NCBI RefSeq assembly: GCF_000247565.1
Contig: NC_016893.1
Coordinates: forward strand, 660,001-692,000
Reading direction: 5' to 3'
Length of the DNA stretch: 32,000 nucleotides
DNA from: Wigglesworthia glossinidia endosymbiont of Glossina morsitans morsitans (Yale colony)
Lineage (GTDB): Bacteria; Pseudomonadota; Gammaproteobacteria; Enterobacterales; Enterobacteriaceae
This document shows positions 21,601 to 31,040 of the stretch, one piece after another. Each line of letters starts with the position of its first letter. Position 1 is the first letter of the stretch. The position numbers and the translations under genes were made by a program. Below the pieces are notes generated by a model. That model saw only the letters and a list, made by a program, of their open reading frames with translations. It searched no databases and was not told the origin of the DNA.

Positions 21601-22516
21601 AAGATTAAGAGATAATGCAGATAGCGCTGATCAAGAACATCGACTAAGACAAGATACTTTTAATCCAGGATTAAGAATGAAACTTACTTTTAATCCAAAA
21701 AATGATATTTCAGCACCTTTTTTTTTAATTAGAAAATTTCCAAAAATTGCTATTTTAAGAGAACAAGGTACTAACGCATATACCGAGATGGCAGCTGCTT
21801 TTTATAGAGCAGGATTTCAACCTATCGACGTACACATGAATGACTTACGGTTTAGTTCAGAAAATATTTTAAAAAAATATAACATTTTAGTAGCTTGCGG
21901 TGGATTCACTTATGGAGACGTATTATATGGAGGATCGGGATGGGCAAAATCAATTTTATTAAATAATAAATTGAGAGATATGTTTGAATCATTTTTTAAT
22001 AATCCGAACACTTTATCATTGGGTATATGTAATGGATGTCAAATGATGTCTGAATTAAAAGAAATTATACCTGGAACTCAGCATTGGCCAAATTTTGTCG
22101 CAAATAAATCGTGTAGATTTGAAGCGCGTTTTATTTTAGTTGAAGTATTAAATAGTCCATCAATCTTACTAAAAGATATGCAAGGTTCTTGCATACCTAT
22201 TTCAGTTGCACACAGCACAGGAAGAGTAAAATTTAAAAATGTTAAAGATCTTCAAATGATAGAAAAATTAAATTTAGTAACACTAAAATATATAGACAAT
22301 TATGGTAGTACTACAGAACTATATCCTTCTAATCCAAACGGATCAAAACATGGTATTGCAGCACTTACTAATTTCGATGGCCGGATAAATATTATGATGC
22401 CGCATCCAGAAAGAAGTTTTAGAAGTATAAATTTTTCTTATTTATCTCATAATTATGCCGAAGAAGACAGTCCATGGATGAGAATCTTTAGAAATGCTAG
22501 GAAGCAGATAGGATAA
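18629..22516 (+). CDS. purL: Phosphoribosylformylglycinamidine synthase, full-length PurL
   Basis: 1295 aa; AQFNSEHCRHKIFNAKW, AETHNHPTAISPF, NNEFGRPCLSGYFRTYE, ERRCQEVINRCCEL, glutaminase LGICNGCQMM and MMPHPERSFR, C-terminus EEDSPWMRIFRNARKQ. Confidence 0.98.
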   Translation: MKLLRGGQEAHNVILDKIKIKLNYFNLPIKNINCEYIYFIESKNKIKVSTIKKLKYLLGHNHSIKKNRIGKFFLIIPISGTNSTWSQKIKNILDNCGLNNIDKIERGIIYYINSNILTIQQWKKIENLLYDHTSEVVCRTIKQALKIFKQKDHPSSVKIVNILKYGKNALKKFNDQFQLALNDIEIEHLFTVFKQLKRNPNDAELYMFAQFNSEHCRHKIFNAKWIFNKNKYKQSLFEMIKNTLVETPKNVLSAYSDNAAVILGSMTKQFFSHSKTKEYGFHKEKMHIVIKAETHNHPTAISPFSGASTGVGGEIRDSGSTGRGSTPKIGWSGYSVSNLFIPFFRQPWEEYFSYPKHIHNSLNIMLHAPLGASEFNNEFGRPCLSGYFRTYEKYLKINNKIELRGYHKPIMLSGGLGLIREIHVFKKHIISKNKLIILGNPGMKVGLGGASTSSLSHHINPNFSSIQRGNPEMERRCQEVINRCCELKKNNPILFIHDVGAGGLSTTILEILIQNKCGAFIRLREIPNIEKNMTPLEIWCNESQERYVLVLNKNKLKIFHAICRRENAPYAIIGEITNSLKCIVYDEYFDNMTINLPVKKLYQHVKLTKIINKNLISIKNEKLDLSKIDLSDAIHRILHLPSVADKSFLITINDRSITGTVTRDQMIGPWQIPVSDSAVTVSSFESYYGEAVSIGERSPISLLDFAASARLSVGEAITNIAGVYIKNIENIKLSANWMIDSSNNLDSYKLYQTVKELGEKFCPDLNLTIVVGKDSMFMKTNWIDKNNSKTVSAPPSLVISACARVEDVRATVTPQLRYEVDNFILFIDLGNQYQGLAGTALSQTYQKIWNDTPDVRNTKKLKQFFYVMQKLLKKRKLIAYHDRSDGGLFVTLAEMAFSGNCSVDINLHDLGDNIISILFNEELGGLIQIQKKDYEYVLNVFKENKLENCLYNIGYAYSGDQFTLRNNEKILYEHSRTVLRAWWSETTWKIQRLRDNADSADQEHRLRQDTFNPGLRMKLTFNPKNDISAPFFLIRKFPKIAILREQGTNAYTEMAAAFYRAGFQPIDVHMNDLRFSSENILKKYNILVACGGFTYGDVLYGGSGWAKSILLNNKLRDMFESFFNNPNTLSLGICNGCQMMSELKEIIPGTQHWPNFVANKSCRFEARFILVEVLNSPSILLKDMQGSCIPISVAHSTGRVKFKNVKDLQMIEKLNLVTLKYIDNYGSTTELYPSNPNGSKHGIAALTNFDGRINIMMPHPERSFRSINFSYLSHNYAEEDSPWMRIFRNARKQIG

Positions 22517-22540
22517 AAATTAAATTTTTTATAATCGAAA

Positions 22541-23980
22541 TTAAACACGTAACACACGACTTGTATTAGTTTTTCCAACAGTACCCATCACATCACCTTG
22601 GGTGATTACTACAAAATCTCCAGAAACTAAAAATCCTTTTTGTTTTAATAAATTAATAGCGGAGTTCGCGGCATTAATACCTTTTTCATTATTGTTGAAA
22701 TATACCGGTGTTACTCCTTTATATAAAGCCGTTAAATTTAAAGTGCATTCATGCTTAGAAAGCGCAAAAATAGGTAATTCTGAACTAATTCGAGACATAA
22801 TAAGAGGTGTTTTTCCAGATTCAGTAAGTGATATAATTGCACGTATACCTTGTAAATGGTTTGCTACATACATAGCAGACATTGCCATAGATTCTTCGAC
22901 AGATCGAAATTGCATATTTTCTCTATATTTTAAAGTATTATTATTAGAAATTTTTTCTGCTCCTATACAAACATTTGCCATAGATATTACTGTTTCTATT
23001 GGATATTTCCCAATTGCAGTTTCGGCTGATAACATTACTGCATCTGTTCCATCTAATACTGCATTAGCAACATCCATGACTTCTGCACGTGTTGGCATTG
23101 GGTTATTAATCATAGATTCCATCATTTGCGTTGCAGTGATTACTGCGCGATTTAAATTATGTGCTCTTTGTATTAATTTTTTTTGTATTCCAACTAATTC
23201 TGGATCACCAATTTCTATTCCTAAATCGCCTCTTGCAACCATTATCGCATCGGAAGCTATAATAATTTCATCTATTATATCATTATTTGCTACAGCCTCT
23301 GCACGTTCAATTTTTGAAATAATTTTTGCATGACTATTTAATTTTTTTAACAAATTTTTAGCGTATTTTAAATCTTCTCCTGTTCGAGGAAATGAAACAG
23401 CTAAATAGTCAATTCCCATTTTAGTAGCATATATGATGTCCTGCTTATCTTTTTGTGTGAGTGTCTTTGCAGATAAACCGCCACCTAATTTATTAATGCC
23501 TTTGTTGTTACATAAGTAACCTCCAATACGTACTGTAGTGTAAATTTTTTGATTTAAAATTTTTTTTACTTCTAATTGTATACGTCCATCATCTAATAAT
23601 AATATATCTCCTGGAATTACGTCTTGAGGTAATTTTTTATAATCAATTCCTACACTCGAATTTGTGCCAAGATCTTTTGTTAAAGATGCATCTAATATAA
23701 ATTGTTTACCTGGAGATAAAAATGTTTTTCCTTTTTGAAAGCTTGAAATACGAATTTTAGGTCCTTGTAAATCACCAAGAATAGCAATATTTTTACCTAA
23801 TTTATGTGAAATTTTTCTTACTGCCTTTGTTCTCCTAGAATGATCAGAAAAATTTCCATGAGAAAAATTCATACGCACTATATTAGCGCCTGATAATATC
23901 ATTTTTTCTAGATTATTATTTAGATCTGTAGCTGGACCCAAAGTAGTAACTATTTTTGTTCTTCTAATTTTTATAGACAT
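22541..23980 (-). CDS. pykA: Pyruvate kinase II (PykA type)
   Basis: [23 protein letters not shown] ... [16 protein letters not shown] ... [44 protein letters not shown]; GTNTSRVL-type C-terminus ([11 protein letters not shown]). Confidence 0.97.
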   Translation of the reverse strand: MSIKIRRTKIVTTLGPATDLNNNLEKMILSGANIVRMNFSHGNFSDHSRRTKAVRKISHKLGKNIAILGDLQGPKIRISSFQKGKTFLSPGKQFILDASLTKDLGTNSSVGIDYKKLPQDVIPGDILLLDDGRIQLEVKKILNQKIYTTVRIGGYLCNNKGINKLGGGLSAKTLTQKDKQDIIYATKMGIDYLAVSFPRTGEDLKYAKNLLKKLNSHAKIISKIERAEAVANNDIIDEIIIASDAIMVARGDLGIEIGDPELVGIQKKLIQRAHNLNRAVITATQMMESMINNPMPTRAEVMDVANAVLDGTDAVMLSAETAIGKYPIETVISMANVCIGAEKISNNNTLKYRENMQFRSVEESMAMSAMYVANHLQGIRAIISLTESGKTPLIMSRISSELPIFALSKHECTLNLTALYKGVTPVYFNNNEKGINAANSAINLLKQKGFLVSGDFVVITQGDVMGTVGKTNTSRVLRV

Positions 23981-24368
23981 ATAATAATTTCCTATTTTTA
24001 ATTTTTTTAAATTTGGAATAATAAAATATATTTATTAATTTTAGTTTTTCTATTTTTTATATATGCATAATTTATACCAAAATTAATAAACAAAAATTTT
24101 ATATTAATTTTTTAATCTATTTTTGTATTAGTTATATCTTGCATAATTATTATAAAAATTACTTTTATAAATTTTTTTATTATTAAATAATATATTTTTT
24201 GAAATTTATTTAAATTAGTTATGCTAAAATATATTATTAAATATATTTATATTATTTAATTAATTCAGTTTAATACAATAGTAATAAAATAATTAAAATA
24301 TTTTCTTTCCCTTAGTTAAGTTATAAAAGATAATATAAAAATCTATTTTAGATTAAAGTATACATTTC

Positions 24369-25925
24369 ATGTTATATTTAAATTTATTTCAAGAATTAGG
24401 GCTATATACAGCCTGTATGCTCGGATTAGCAATATTATTTGTTTTAATTTATGAGTTTATTAATGGATTTCATGATACTGCTAATGCAGTAGTAACTGTA
24501 ATTTATACAAAAGCATTAAAACCTAGATTAGCAGTAATTTTCTCAGGAATATTTAATTTTTTTGGCGTTTTATTAGGAGGGTTGAGTGTAGCTTATAGTA
24601 TAGTACATTTACTACCGAACGATCTTTTATTAAACATTAGTTCAAAAAATGGTTTGAAAATGATGTTTGCTATATTATTAGCAGCTATCATGTGGAATTT
24701 TGGAACATGGTATTATCGGTTGCCTGTATCTAGTTCACATACTTTAATCGGCGCAATTATTGGAGTAGGACTGTTTAGTCAAAAATTTACAAATATATCA
24801 ATTTATCAAACTTTAAACTTATCTAAATTGTTTGATATTTTTTTATCTTTAATTATTTCTCCATTTATAGGATTTTTCCTTTCAGGCATTTTAATATTAA
24901 TTTTACGTTATTTTTGGAAAAATAATAAAAACATAAATAGAATACATTTTACTCCGCTCGAAAGAGAAAAGAAAGATGGGAAAAAAAAACCGCCTTTTTG
25001 GATACGTATATCGTTGATTTTTTCGGCAGCAGGAATCAGTTTTTCTCATGGAGCTAATGATGGACAAAAAGGAATAGGATTGATTATGCTAATTTTAATT
25101 GGTGTATTTCCTGTAGGTTTTGTAATTAATATGGATGCTAATAAATATGATATACATCATTCAAAAAATGCAGTGAATAATTTACATGAATATTTTTTAA
25201 GTCACCATAATAAACTAGCAAATTATTCAGATCCTAAAACAGAAGAAAAAATTTTTCAAGAAAAATATGCTCATTTTTCTCAAGATATTAATTTTAAACA
25301 AAATAAATATGAAGAATGCATATCTAACGTGTTAAATAAAAATGTTTATAAACAATCTTGTACTATTCTAGTGATAGAACATACATCTGAATTATTATCA
25401 AATAAAAAAAATTTTTATCAATTAAGTGCAGAAGAAAGATTTAATTTGAGAAAATCTTTGTTGTTTATATCTAATATAATTAACAAAATGATTAGCCTCC
25501 CAGAAGTATCAGAAAAAGATAAAAAATTTTTAAAAAAATTGTGTCGCGATATTACGTATATTATCGAATATTCTCCTATCTGGATTGTAGTTATAATAGC
25601 ATTATCGTTGTCATTTGGTACAATGGTATCTTGGAAACGTGTTGCACAAACTATTGGAGAAAAAATTGGTAAAAATGAAATGACTTATGCTCAAAGTTTA
25701 TCTGCTCAATTTACTTCTGCATTATCTATTGGAATTGCGAGTTATACTGGAATGCCGGTATCCACCACTCATGTATTATCTTCTGCTGTTGCTGGAGCAG
25801 TATTAATAGATCATGGAGAAATACAAAAAAGAACTGTAAGAAATATTTTATTAGCATGGATTTTAACATTACCAGTATCTATGCTTTTATCTGGAATATT
25901 ATATACTTTAATGTCTCAGATTTAA
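24369..25925 (+). CDS. pitA: Low-affinity inorganic phosphate transporter, Pit family
   Basis: NGFHDTANAVVTVIYTKAL ... SSSHTLIGAIIG ... EREKKDGKKKPPFWIRISLIFSAAGISFSHGANDGQKGIGLIMLILIG ... SYTGMPVSTTHVLSSAVAGAV. Confidence 0.96.
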   Translation: MLYLNLFQELGLYTACMLGLAILFVLIYEFINGFHDTANAVVTVIYTKALKPRLAVIFSGIFNFFGVLLGGLSVAYSIVHLLPNDLLLNISSKNGLKMMFAILLAAIMWNFGTWYYRLPVSSSHTLIGAIIGVGLFSQKFTNISIYQTLNLSKLFDIFLSLIISPFIGFFLSGILILILRYFWKNNKNINRIHFTPLEREKKDGKKKPPFWIRISLIFSAAGISFSHGANDGQKGIGLIMLILIGVFPVGFVINMDANKYDIHHSKNAVNNLHEYFLSHHNKLANYSDPKTEEKIFQEKYAHFSQDINFKQNKYEECISNVLNKNVYKQSCTILVIEHTSELLSNKKNFYQLSAEERFNLRKSLLFISNIINKMISLPEVSEKDKKFLKKLCRDITYIIEYSPIWIVVIIALSLSFGTMVSWKRVAQTIGEKIGKNEMTYAQSLSAQFTSALSIGIASYTGMPVSTTHVLSSAVAGAVLIDHGEIQKRTVRNILLAWILTLPVSMLLSGILYTLMSQI

Positions 25926-26181
25926 TAAAAATTATTTTTTAAGTTATTAAAATAATTATAAATAAAAGATTTATAGATGAAAATATTTTATTAAATATTT
26001 AATACTATGAAGAATTAAATTTAAAATAACTTTTCAATTATATTGAAAAAAATTATATTTTGTTAATGTAATAAAAATAATTTTATATATTATTCAAATA
26101 TGTTAAAAAACAAATGATCTTGAACAATTTATTTATATATTTTATATTGCATACAATTTATTCATCATTCTTTATAAAATT

Positions 26182-27548
26182 ATGATAATACCAATATATT
26201 TTAATCAAAAAAAATATCAAAAATATTTAATTGAACTACCTAAAATCAAACAATTTTCAAAAAATATAAGAACAATATATAATTCGCAAGATTTTTTTAA
26301 TTTACTTATAAAAAAAATTTCTGAAGCAAAAAAATTAATTTACCTAGCCGTATTATATTTAGAAAAAGATCAATCAGGTTTGCAAATATTAAAAACAATA
26401 TATCAAGCAAAAAAAAACAACCCTAATTTAGAAGTTGCAATCTTAGTAGATTGGTATAGAGCTCACAGAACAATTTTAGGTAAAAAACAAGGTATAACGA
26501 ATGCTGATTGGTATTCTGATATGGCGACTATATATAAAAATATTAATGTACCAATTTATGGAATCCCTGTAAATCTTAATGAAGCATTAGGAGTATTGCA
26601 TCTTAAAGGATTTATTGTTGATAATTATGTATTTTATAGTGGTGCAAGTATTAGTAATGCATATTTAAATCAATTTAATAAAAAATGCCGTCATGATAGA
26701 TATCAAATGATTTGCAATGACGCTTTAGCTAATTCCATGTTAAATTTTATTCAATCAAAATTATTAATTGAAAGTTCAATGCTTTTAAACAATTATAAAC
26801 CATATAAAAAAAAAAATTTTTTATTAGACGTTACTCGAGAGTATTACGTAAAAAATTGAAATCTAGCCAGTATCATTACGACACTGATCTATGCCATAAT
26901 CAACTTTCTATTGCACCAATCTTAGGATTAGGTAAAAATAATTTGTTAAATCGCGTGATACATAATCTCGTATGTGCTACAAAGTATAAATTAATTTTAT
27001 GTACGCCATACTTTAATTTATTTCCTTTGTTAATTAAAGATATATCAAAGATTTTAAGTTTACATAAAACCGTGGAAATTATTGTTGGTGATAAAATTGC
27101 AAATGATTTTTATACTTCAAACAAACATACATTCAAAATTATCAGTATAATACCGTATTTGTATGAAATTAACTTAAGAAATTTTATGAAAAATTATCAA
27201 AATTATATAGACGATGGAAATTTAATTATTAAATTATGGAAAAATAAAAATAATAGTTTTCACATTAAAGGTATCTGGGTTGATGAAATATGGATGTTAT
27301 TAACTGGAAATAATTTTAATGCACGAGCATGGGCGTTAGATTTAGAAAATGCAATTTTAATACACGATCCAAAACAAGAAATTTATATTCAACGTAAAAA
27401 AGAACTATCTTATATTTGCAAGCATACAAAAAGAATAAAAAATTTTCGAGAAATTGAAAAAATTTCTGATTATCCTGCAAAAGTGCAAAGAATTATTCGA
27501 AATATTAAAGTGATACATTTCGATCGATTAATTAAAAAAATATTATAA
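26182..27548 (+). CDS. pssA: CDP-diacylglycerol--serine O-phosphatidyltransferase (PLD superfamily), interrupted by a frameshift at an A11 tract (26806-26816)
   Basis: ORF 26182..26859 matches the E. coli PssA N-half (HKD motif HLKGFIVD); ORF 26856..27548 matches the C-half (HKD motif HIKGIWVD, ANDFYTSN, DRLIKKIL end). Frame 0 directly after the A11 run reads FFIRRYSRVLRKLKSSQYHYDTDLCHNQLSIAPILGLGK, matching E. coli DIRLFRQELRDAAYHFQGDADNDQLSVTPLVGLGK. Confidence 0.88.
26806..26816 (+). other. A11 homopolymer at the frameshift point in pssA
   Basis: Eleven A between CATAT and TTTTTATTAG. A12 (or A9) would join the two pssA frames with no stop between. Confidence 0.9.
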
Positions 27549-27555
27549 AATAAAC

Positions 27556-28389
27556 TTATATGCAATTAATATGGTTATAATTAATGTTAATTTTTTTTAA
27601 TGTTTGAAAATTATAAGATTTTAAAATATTGCGTAATTTTTTTGAAAAAATTAATTTCGTGCAGTAAGCAATTCCTGATATATTATTGACGACTGGTTTG
27701 TTTTTTAAAATATTTGATAGTAATAAACAAGACTGATCTTTTATTTTTTTTCTAGAATCGATCAATTTAATTTTTTCAGGAAAACTTTTAATAATTTCTG
27801 GTATAAGATACGAAAGATGTGTGCATCCTAAAATTATAGTGTCTGGAATAGGAGAATTTTGAAGAAAAGAAATTAAGCAATTTTGCACTAATTTGTAAGA
27901 AATATGATTTCTAAGTATTTTTTCTTCTGATAATAAAATTAATTTATGAGCATCTAATTTAATAATTTTAACACCACTTAATTCTAATTCGAATAACGAA
28001 AAATGATTAATAGTAATAGATGTCCCTAAAAACCCTATAACTTTATTTTTTGTATAATTAAGCGCAGTACTTATTTCTGGAATGACTCCAATTATTGGAT
28101 TTAATAATTTATTTTTTAAATAAGATAACGCAATTATGCTTGCTGTATTGCATGCAAGAATCGTTAAATCTATTTTATGCATTTTGTGAATTTTAGTAAT
28201 AATTTTTACAATACGATTCAATATAAATGTTTTAGACTTTTTACCATATGGAAATTCTGCATTGTCAAATATATATATATATTTTGCACATGGTATATAT
28301 TTTTTAATCTTGTTATAAATAGATAACCCTCCTGTTCCTGAATCAAAAATTGCAATTACGGGTAAAATATATTTAGTTTGATTTATCAT
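27556..28389 (-). CDS. murI: Glutamate racemase
   Basis: IAIFDSGTGGLSIYNKI, DNAEFPYG, ILACNTAS, GVIPEI, ILGCTHLSYL. Confidence 0.93.
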   Translation of the reverse strand: MINQTKYILPVIAIFDSGTGGLSIYNKIKKYIPCAKYIYIFDNAEFPYGKKSKTFILNRIVKIITKIHKMHKIDLTILACNTASIIALSYLKNKLLNPIIGVIPEISTALNYTKNKVIGFLGTSITINHFSLFELELSGVKIIKLDAHKLILLSEEKILRNHISYKLVQNCLISFLQNSPIPDTIILGCTHLSYLIPEIIKSFPEKIKLIDSRKKIKDQSCLLLSNILKNKPVVNNISGIAYCTKLIFSKKLRNILKSYNFQTLKKININYNHINCI

Positions 28390-28626
28390 TTTTAATTTAA
28401 ATAATTATTAATTCTTGCTATAATATTTTAGCATTGCATATAAATAATTGTTATAATTATTCTAGAATACTATTCTAATAAATTTTTTGACAATCACTAT
28501 ATATACAGTATATATTTAAATTTAATAATTCAAAATTGTTTTGAACGATAAAATATTTTGCAAAAAATATAAAATAATTAAAATTGATTAATTTAATATA
28601 TATTAAAAACATAAATTATCATTTAA

Positions 28627-28709
28627 GCCGAAGTGGCGAAATTAGGTAAACGCAATTGATTCAAAATCAATCGTCTCACGACTTGTCGGTTCAAATCCGA
28701 CCTTCGGCA
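28627..28709 (+). tRNA. leuX: tRNA-Leu(CAA), leuX-like; no encoded 3' CCA
   Basis: Acceptor GCCGAAG/CTTCGGC, anticodon stem ATTGA/TCAAT with loop TTCAAAA (anticodon CAA at 28662-28664), long variable arm, T arm GTCGG-TTCAAAT-CCGAC. Closely resembles E. coli leuX. Confidence 0.95.
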
Positions 28710-28735
28710 AAAAAAAACAAAATATTAATTATTTA

Positions 28736-29725
28736 TTATAATAAACTGTTTTTTGCAACTTCTAACGCAAAATACGTAATAATTGCATCAGCTCCAGCTC
28801 TTTTAATTGATCCAAGAGATTCTCTAATAATTTTTTTTTCTTCTATAGCGCCAGCTTTTGAAGCAAACTTAATCATCGAATATTCTCCACTCACTTGGTA
28901 TCCTATTAACGGTAAATAAACTCTTTCCCGTATATCTCGAATAATATCTAAAAAATTACTTGCTGGTTTAACAATTAATGCATCTGCTCCTTCTTCTACA
29001 TCAATTAAAGATTCTCTAATTGCTTCCCTACGATTCATCGGATTAATTTGATAAGTGGAACGATTTTCTGTTAAATTTGAATATGTAGCTTCTCTAAATG
29101 GTCCATACAATGCTGATTTAAATTTAGTAGAATATGAAATTATTCCAGTTTCATAAAATCCAGATCTATCTAATGCAAATCGAATAGCTTGTACTTGTCC
29201 ATCCATAGAAGCTGAAGGAGCAAGAAAATCTGCTCCTGAACTTGCTAAAATAATAGCTTGTCGTTCCAAATTTAAGATAGTTTGATCATTATTAACATTT
29301 TTTTTATCTAACACTCCACAGTGTCCATGGGTAGTATATGCACAAAAACACATATCAGATATTAAAACTATTTCTGGTGCAACATTTTTACAAATACGTA
29401 AAGCTCTTGAAATTATACTATTTGAATTCCATGTATTACTACCTTCATTGTCTAAGTGATGTGAAATTCCAAATACTATAATCGAACAAATTCCGGATTT
29501 TACATATTTTTCAATTTCATAAGATAATAATTTTTCTGGAATTCTAAAAATTCCAGGCATAGTAGAAATAGGTGCCATATGATTTAAATCTTCTTCTACA
29601 AAAATCGGTAAAATTAAATCACTTAATTTTATTTCGGTTTCTTGAAAAAGTACGCGAACTTTTTTTTTGCTTCTTAAACGTCTTAATCTAGAAAACTGAA
29701 CATGATTGTTTGTTATTAATTCCAT
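28736..29725 (-). CDS. hemB: Delta-aminolevulinic acid dehydratase (porphobilinogen synthase)
   Basis: MCFCAYTTHGHCG (Zn cysteines), APSASMDGQVQAIRFALD, YSTKFKSALYGPFREA, PMNRREAIRES, IVKPASNFLDIIRD, GYQVSGEYSMIKFA. Confidence 0.97.
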   Translation of the reverse strand: MELITNNHVQFSRLRRLRSKKKVRVLFQETEIKLSDLILPIFVEEDLNHMAPISTMPGIFRIPEKLLSYEIEKYVKSGICSIIVFGISHHLDNEGSNTWNSNSIISRALRICKNVAPEIVLISDMCFCAYTTHGHCGVLDKKNVNNDQTILNLERQAIILASSGADFLAPSASMDGQVQAIRFALDRSGFYETGIISYSTKFKSALYGPFREATYSNLTENRSTYQINPMNRREAIRESLIDVEEGADALIVKPASNFLDIIRDIRERVYLPLIGYQVSGEYSMIKFASKAGAIEEKKIIRESLGSIKRAGADAIITYFALEVAKNSLL

Positions 29726-29949
29726 AATATTCCATTCTAAATTAAAATTTAAAAAATTAAAATTTATAGATATATATATTTTTTTTAAAAAAAATTTTAT
29801 TTCATATATTTTACTAGATAATAAATATTTTTAATATATTTAAACATTTTAAAGAGCTGTTATAATACAAAAAAATTATTAAATATTAATATAATTATAA
29901 TTTTTAATAAAAATTTATTATTCATTTTACTCTAATTTTATAAAACAAT

Positions 29950-30960
29950 ATGTTATATAAATTAATTAAAAAAATTTTGTTTTACTTAGATCCAGAAAAA
30001 AAACAAAATTTAGTTTTAAAATACACAAAGTACATTCATCGTAGTCCTTTAAAATTTTTAATAAAAAATAAACTACCAACAAAAAATATTATTTGTATGG
30101 GTTTGAATTTCAAAAATATTCTCGGATTATCTGCAGGATTAGATAAAAATGGAGATTTTATAGAAATTTTTGATTCGATGGGTTTTGGATTTATTGAACT
30201 AGGTACAGTAACTCCAAATTCTCAAGTAGGAAGAAAGAAACCACGTTTATTTTATTTTCCAGAAATATGTGGAATAATTAATAGAATGGGATTTAATAAT
30301 TATGGCATAGATTATTTATTAGAAAATATTAAAAAAATAAAAAATATTAATACGAGAATAGGTATCAATATAGGAAAAAATCATAGTACACCTCTAGAAA
30401 GAGCGAAAGAAGATTATCTAATTTGTATAAAAAAAGCTTACTTGTATGCAGATTATATTACTATTAATATTTCTTCACCTAATACGAAAAATTTAAGGAA
30501 ATTACAATTTGGTGTATTATTGCATGAATTATTAAAAGAAGTTAAATTTTCACAAAAAAATTTATGTTCTTTATATAAAAAATATGTACCAATATTAATA
30601 AAAATTTCTCCCGATATTAATGATAATGAACTTATACAAATTGCAGATACCTTAATACATTATAAAATAGACGGTGTTATAGCGACAAATACAACTATTT
30701 GTCGTACTATGTTAAAAGAAACAAAATATCATGAACAAGGCGGATTAAGTGGAGCACCGTTGAAAAACATTAGTACAAATATAATAAAAAAATTAAATTT
30801 AGAATTAAGAGGTAAAATCCCAATTATTGGATCTGGCGGAATAGATTCTGCAGAGTCTGCAAAAGAAAAAGTTTATTCCGGAGCTTCTTTGATTCAAATA
30901 TATTCTAGTTTAGTATTTCACGGTGTATCTATAGTAAAAAAAATAATTAATGAAATGTAA
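29950..30960 (+). CDS. pyrD: Dihydroorotate dehydrogenase, quinone-dependent (class 2)
   Basis: GLSAGLDKNGDFIEIFDSMGFGFIELGTVTPNSQVGRKKPRLFYFPE ... NISSPNTKNLRKLQ ... IIGSGGIDSAESAKEKVYSGASLIQIYSSLVFHG. Confidence 0.96.
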   Translation: MLYKLIKKILFYLDPEKKQNLVLKYTKYIHRSPLKFLIKNKLPTKNIICMGLNFKNILGLSAGLDKNGDFIEIFDSMGFGFIELGTVTPNSQVGRKKPRLFYFPEICGIINRMGFNNYGIDYLLENIKKIKNINTRIGINIGKNHSTPLERAKEDYLICIKKAYLYADYITINISSPNTKNLRKLQFGVLLHELLKEVKFSQKNLCSLYKKYVPILIKISPDINDNELIQIADTLIHYKIDGVIATNTTICRTMLKETKYHEQGGLSGAPLKNISTNIIKKLNLELRGKIPIIGSGGIDSAESAKEKVYSGASLIQIYSSLVFHGVSIVKKIINEM

Positions 30961-31040
30961 TACTTTTAAAAAATTTTTTTTAAATAAAAATTAAATTTTT
31001 ATTAGAAATTTTTGAAATAAATTTATTATATTTTAAAAAA

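Noticed and set aside
22602-23333. 243-aa ORF on + strand
   Set aside because: Fully antisense to pykA, whose protein is strongly conserved. No recognisable domain and composition is a mirror of the sense codons, so it is a shadow ORF.
24000-24368. Possible novel element in the pykA-pitA spacer (repeated TATTTAT/TTAATT motifs)
   Set aside because: Low-complexity AT composition explains it; no period, inverted repeat or CRISPR-like spacing found.
26850-26859. A6 run plus overlapping TGA/TTG as a possible programmed frameshift or translational coupling site in pssA
   Set aside because: The conserved PssA sequence already resumes in frame 0 right after the A11 tract (IRRYSRVLR), so the frame switch occurs about 35-40 nt upstream, not at the A6 run.
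28656-28919. 87-aa ORF on + strand
   Set aside because: Overlaps the tRNA-Leu gene and is antisense to the hemB 3' end; no independent support.
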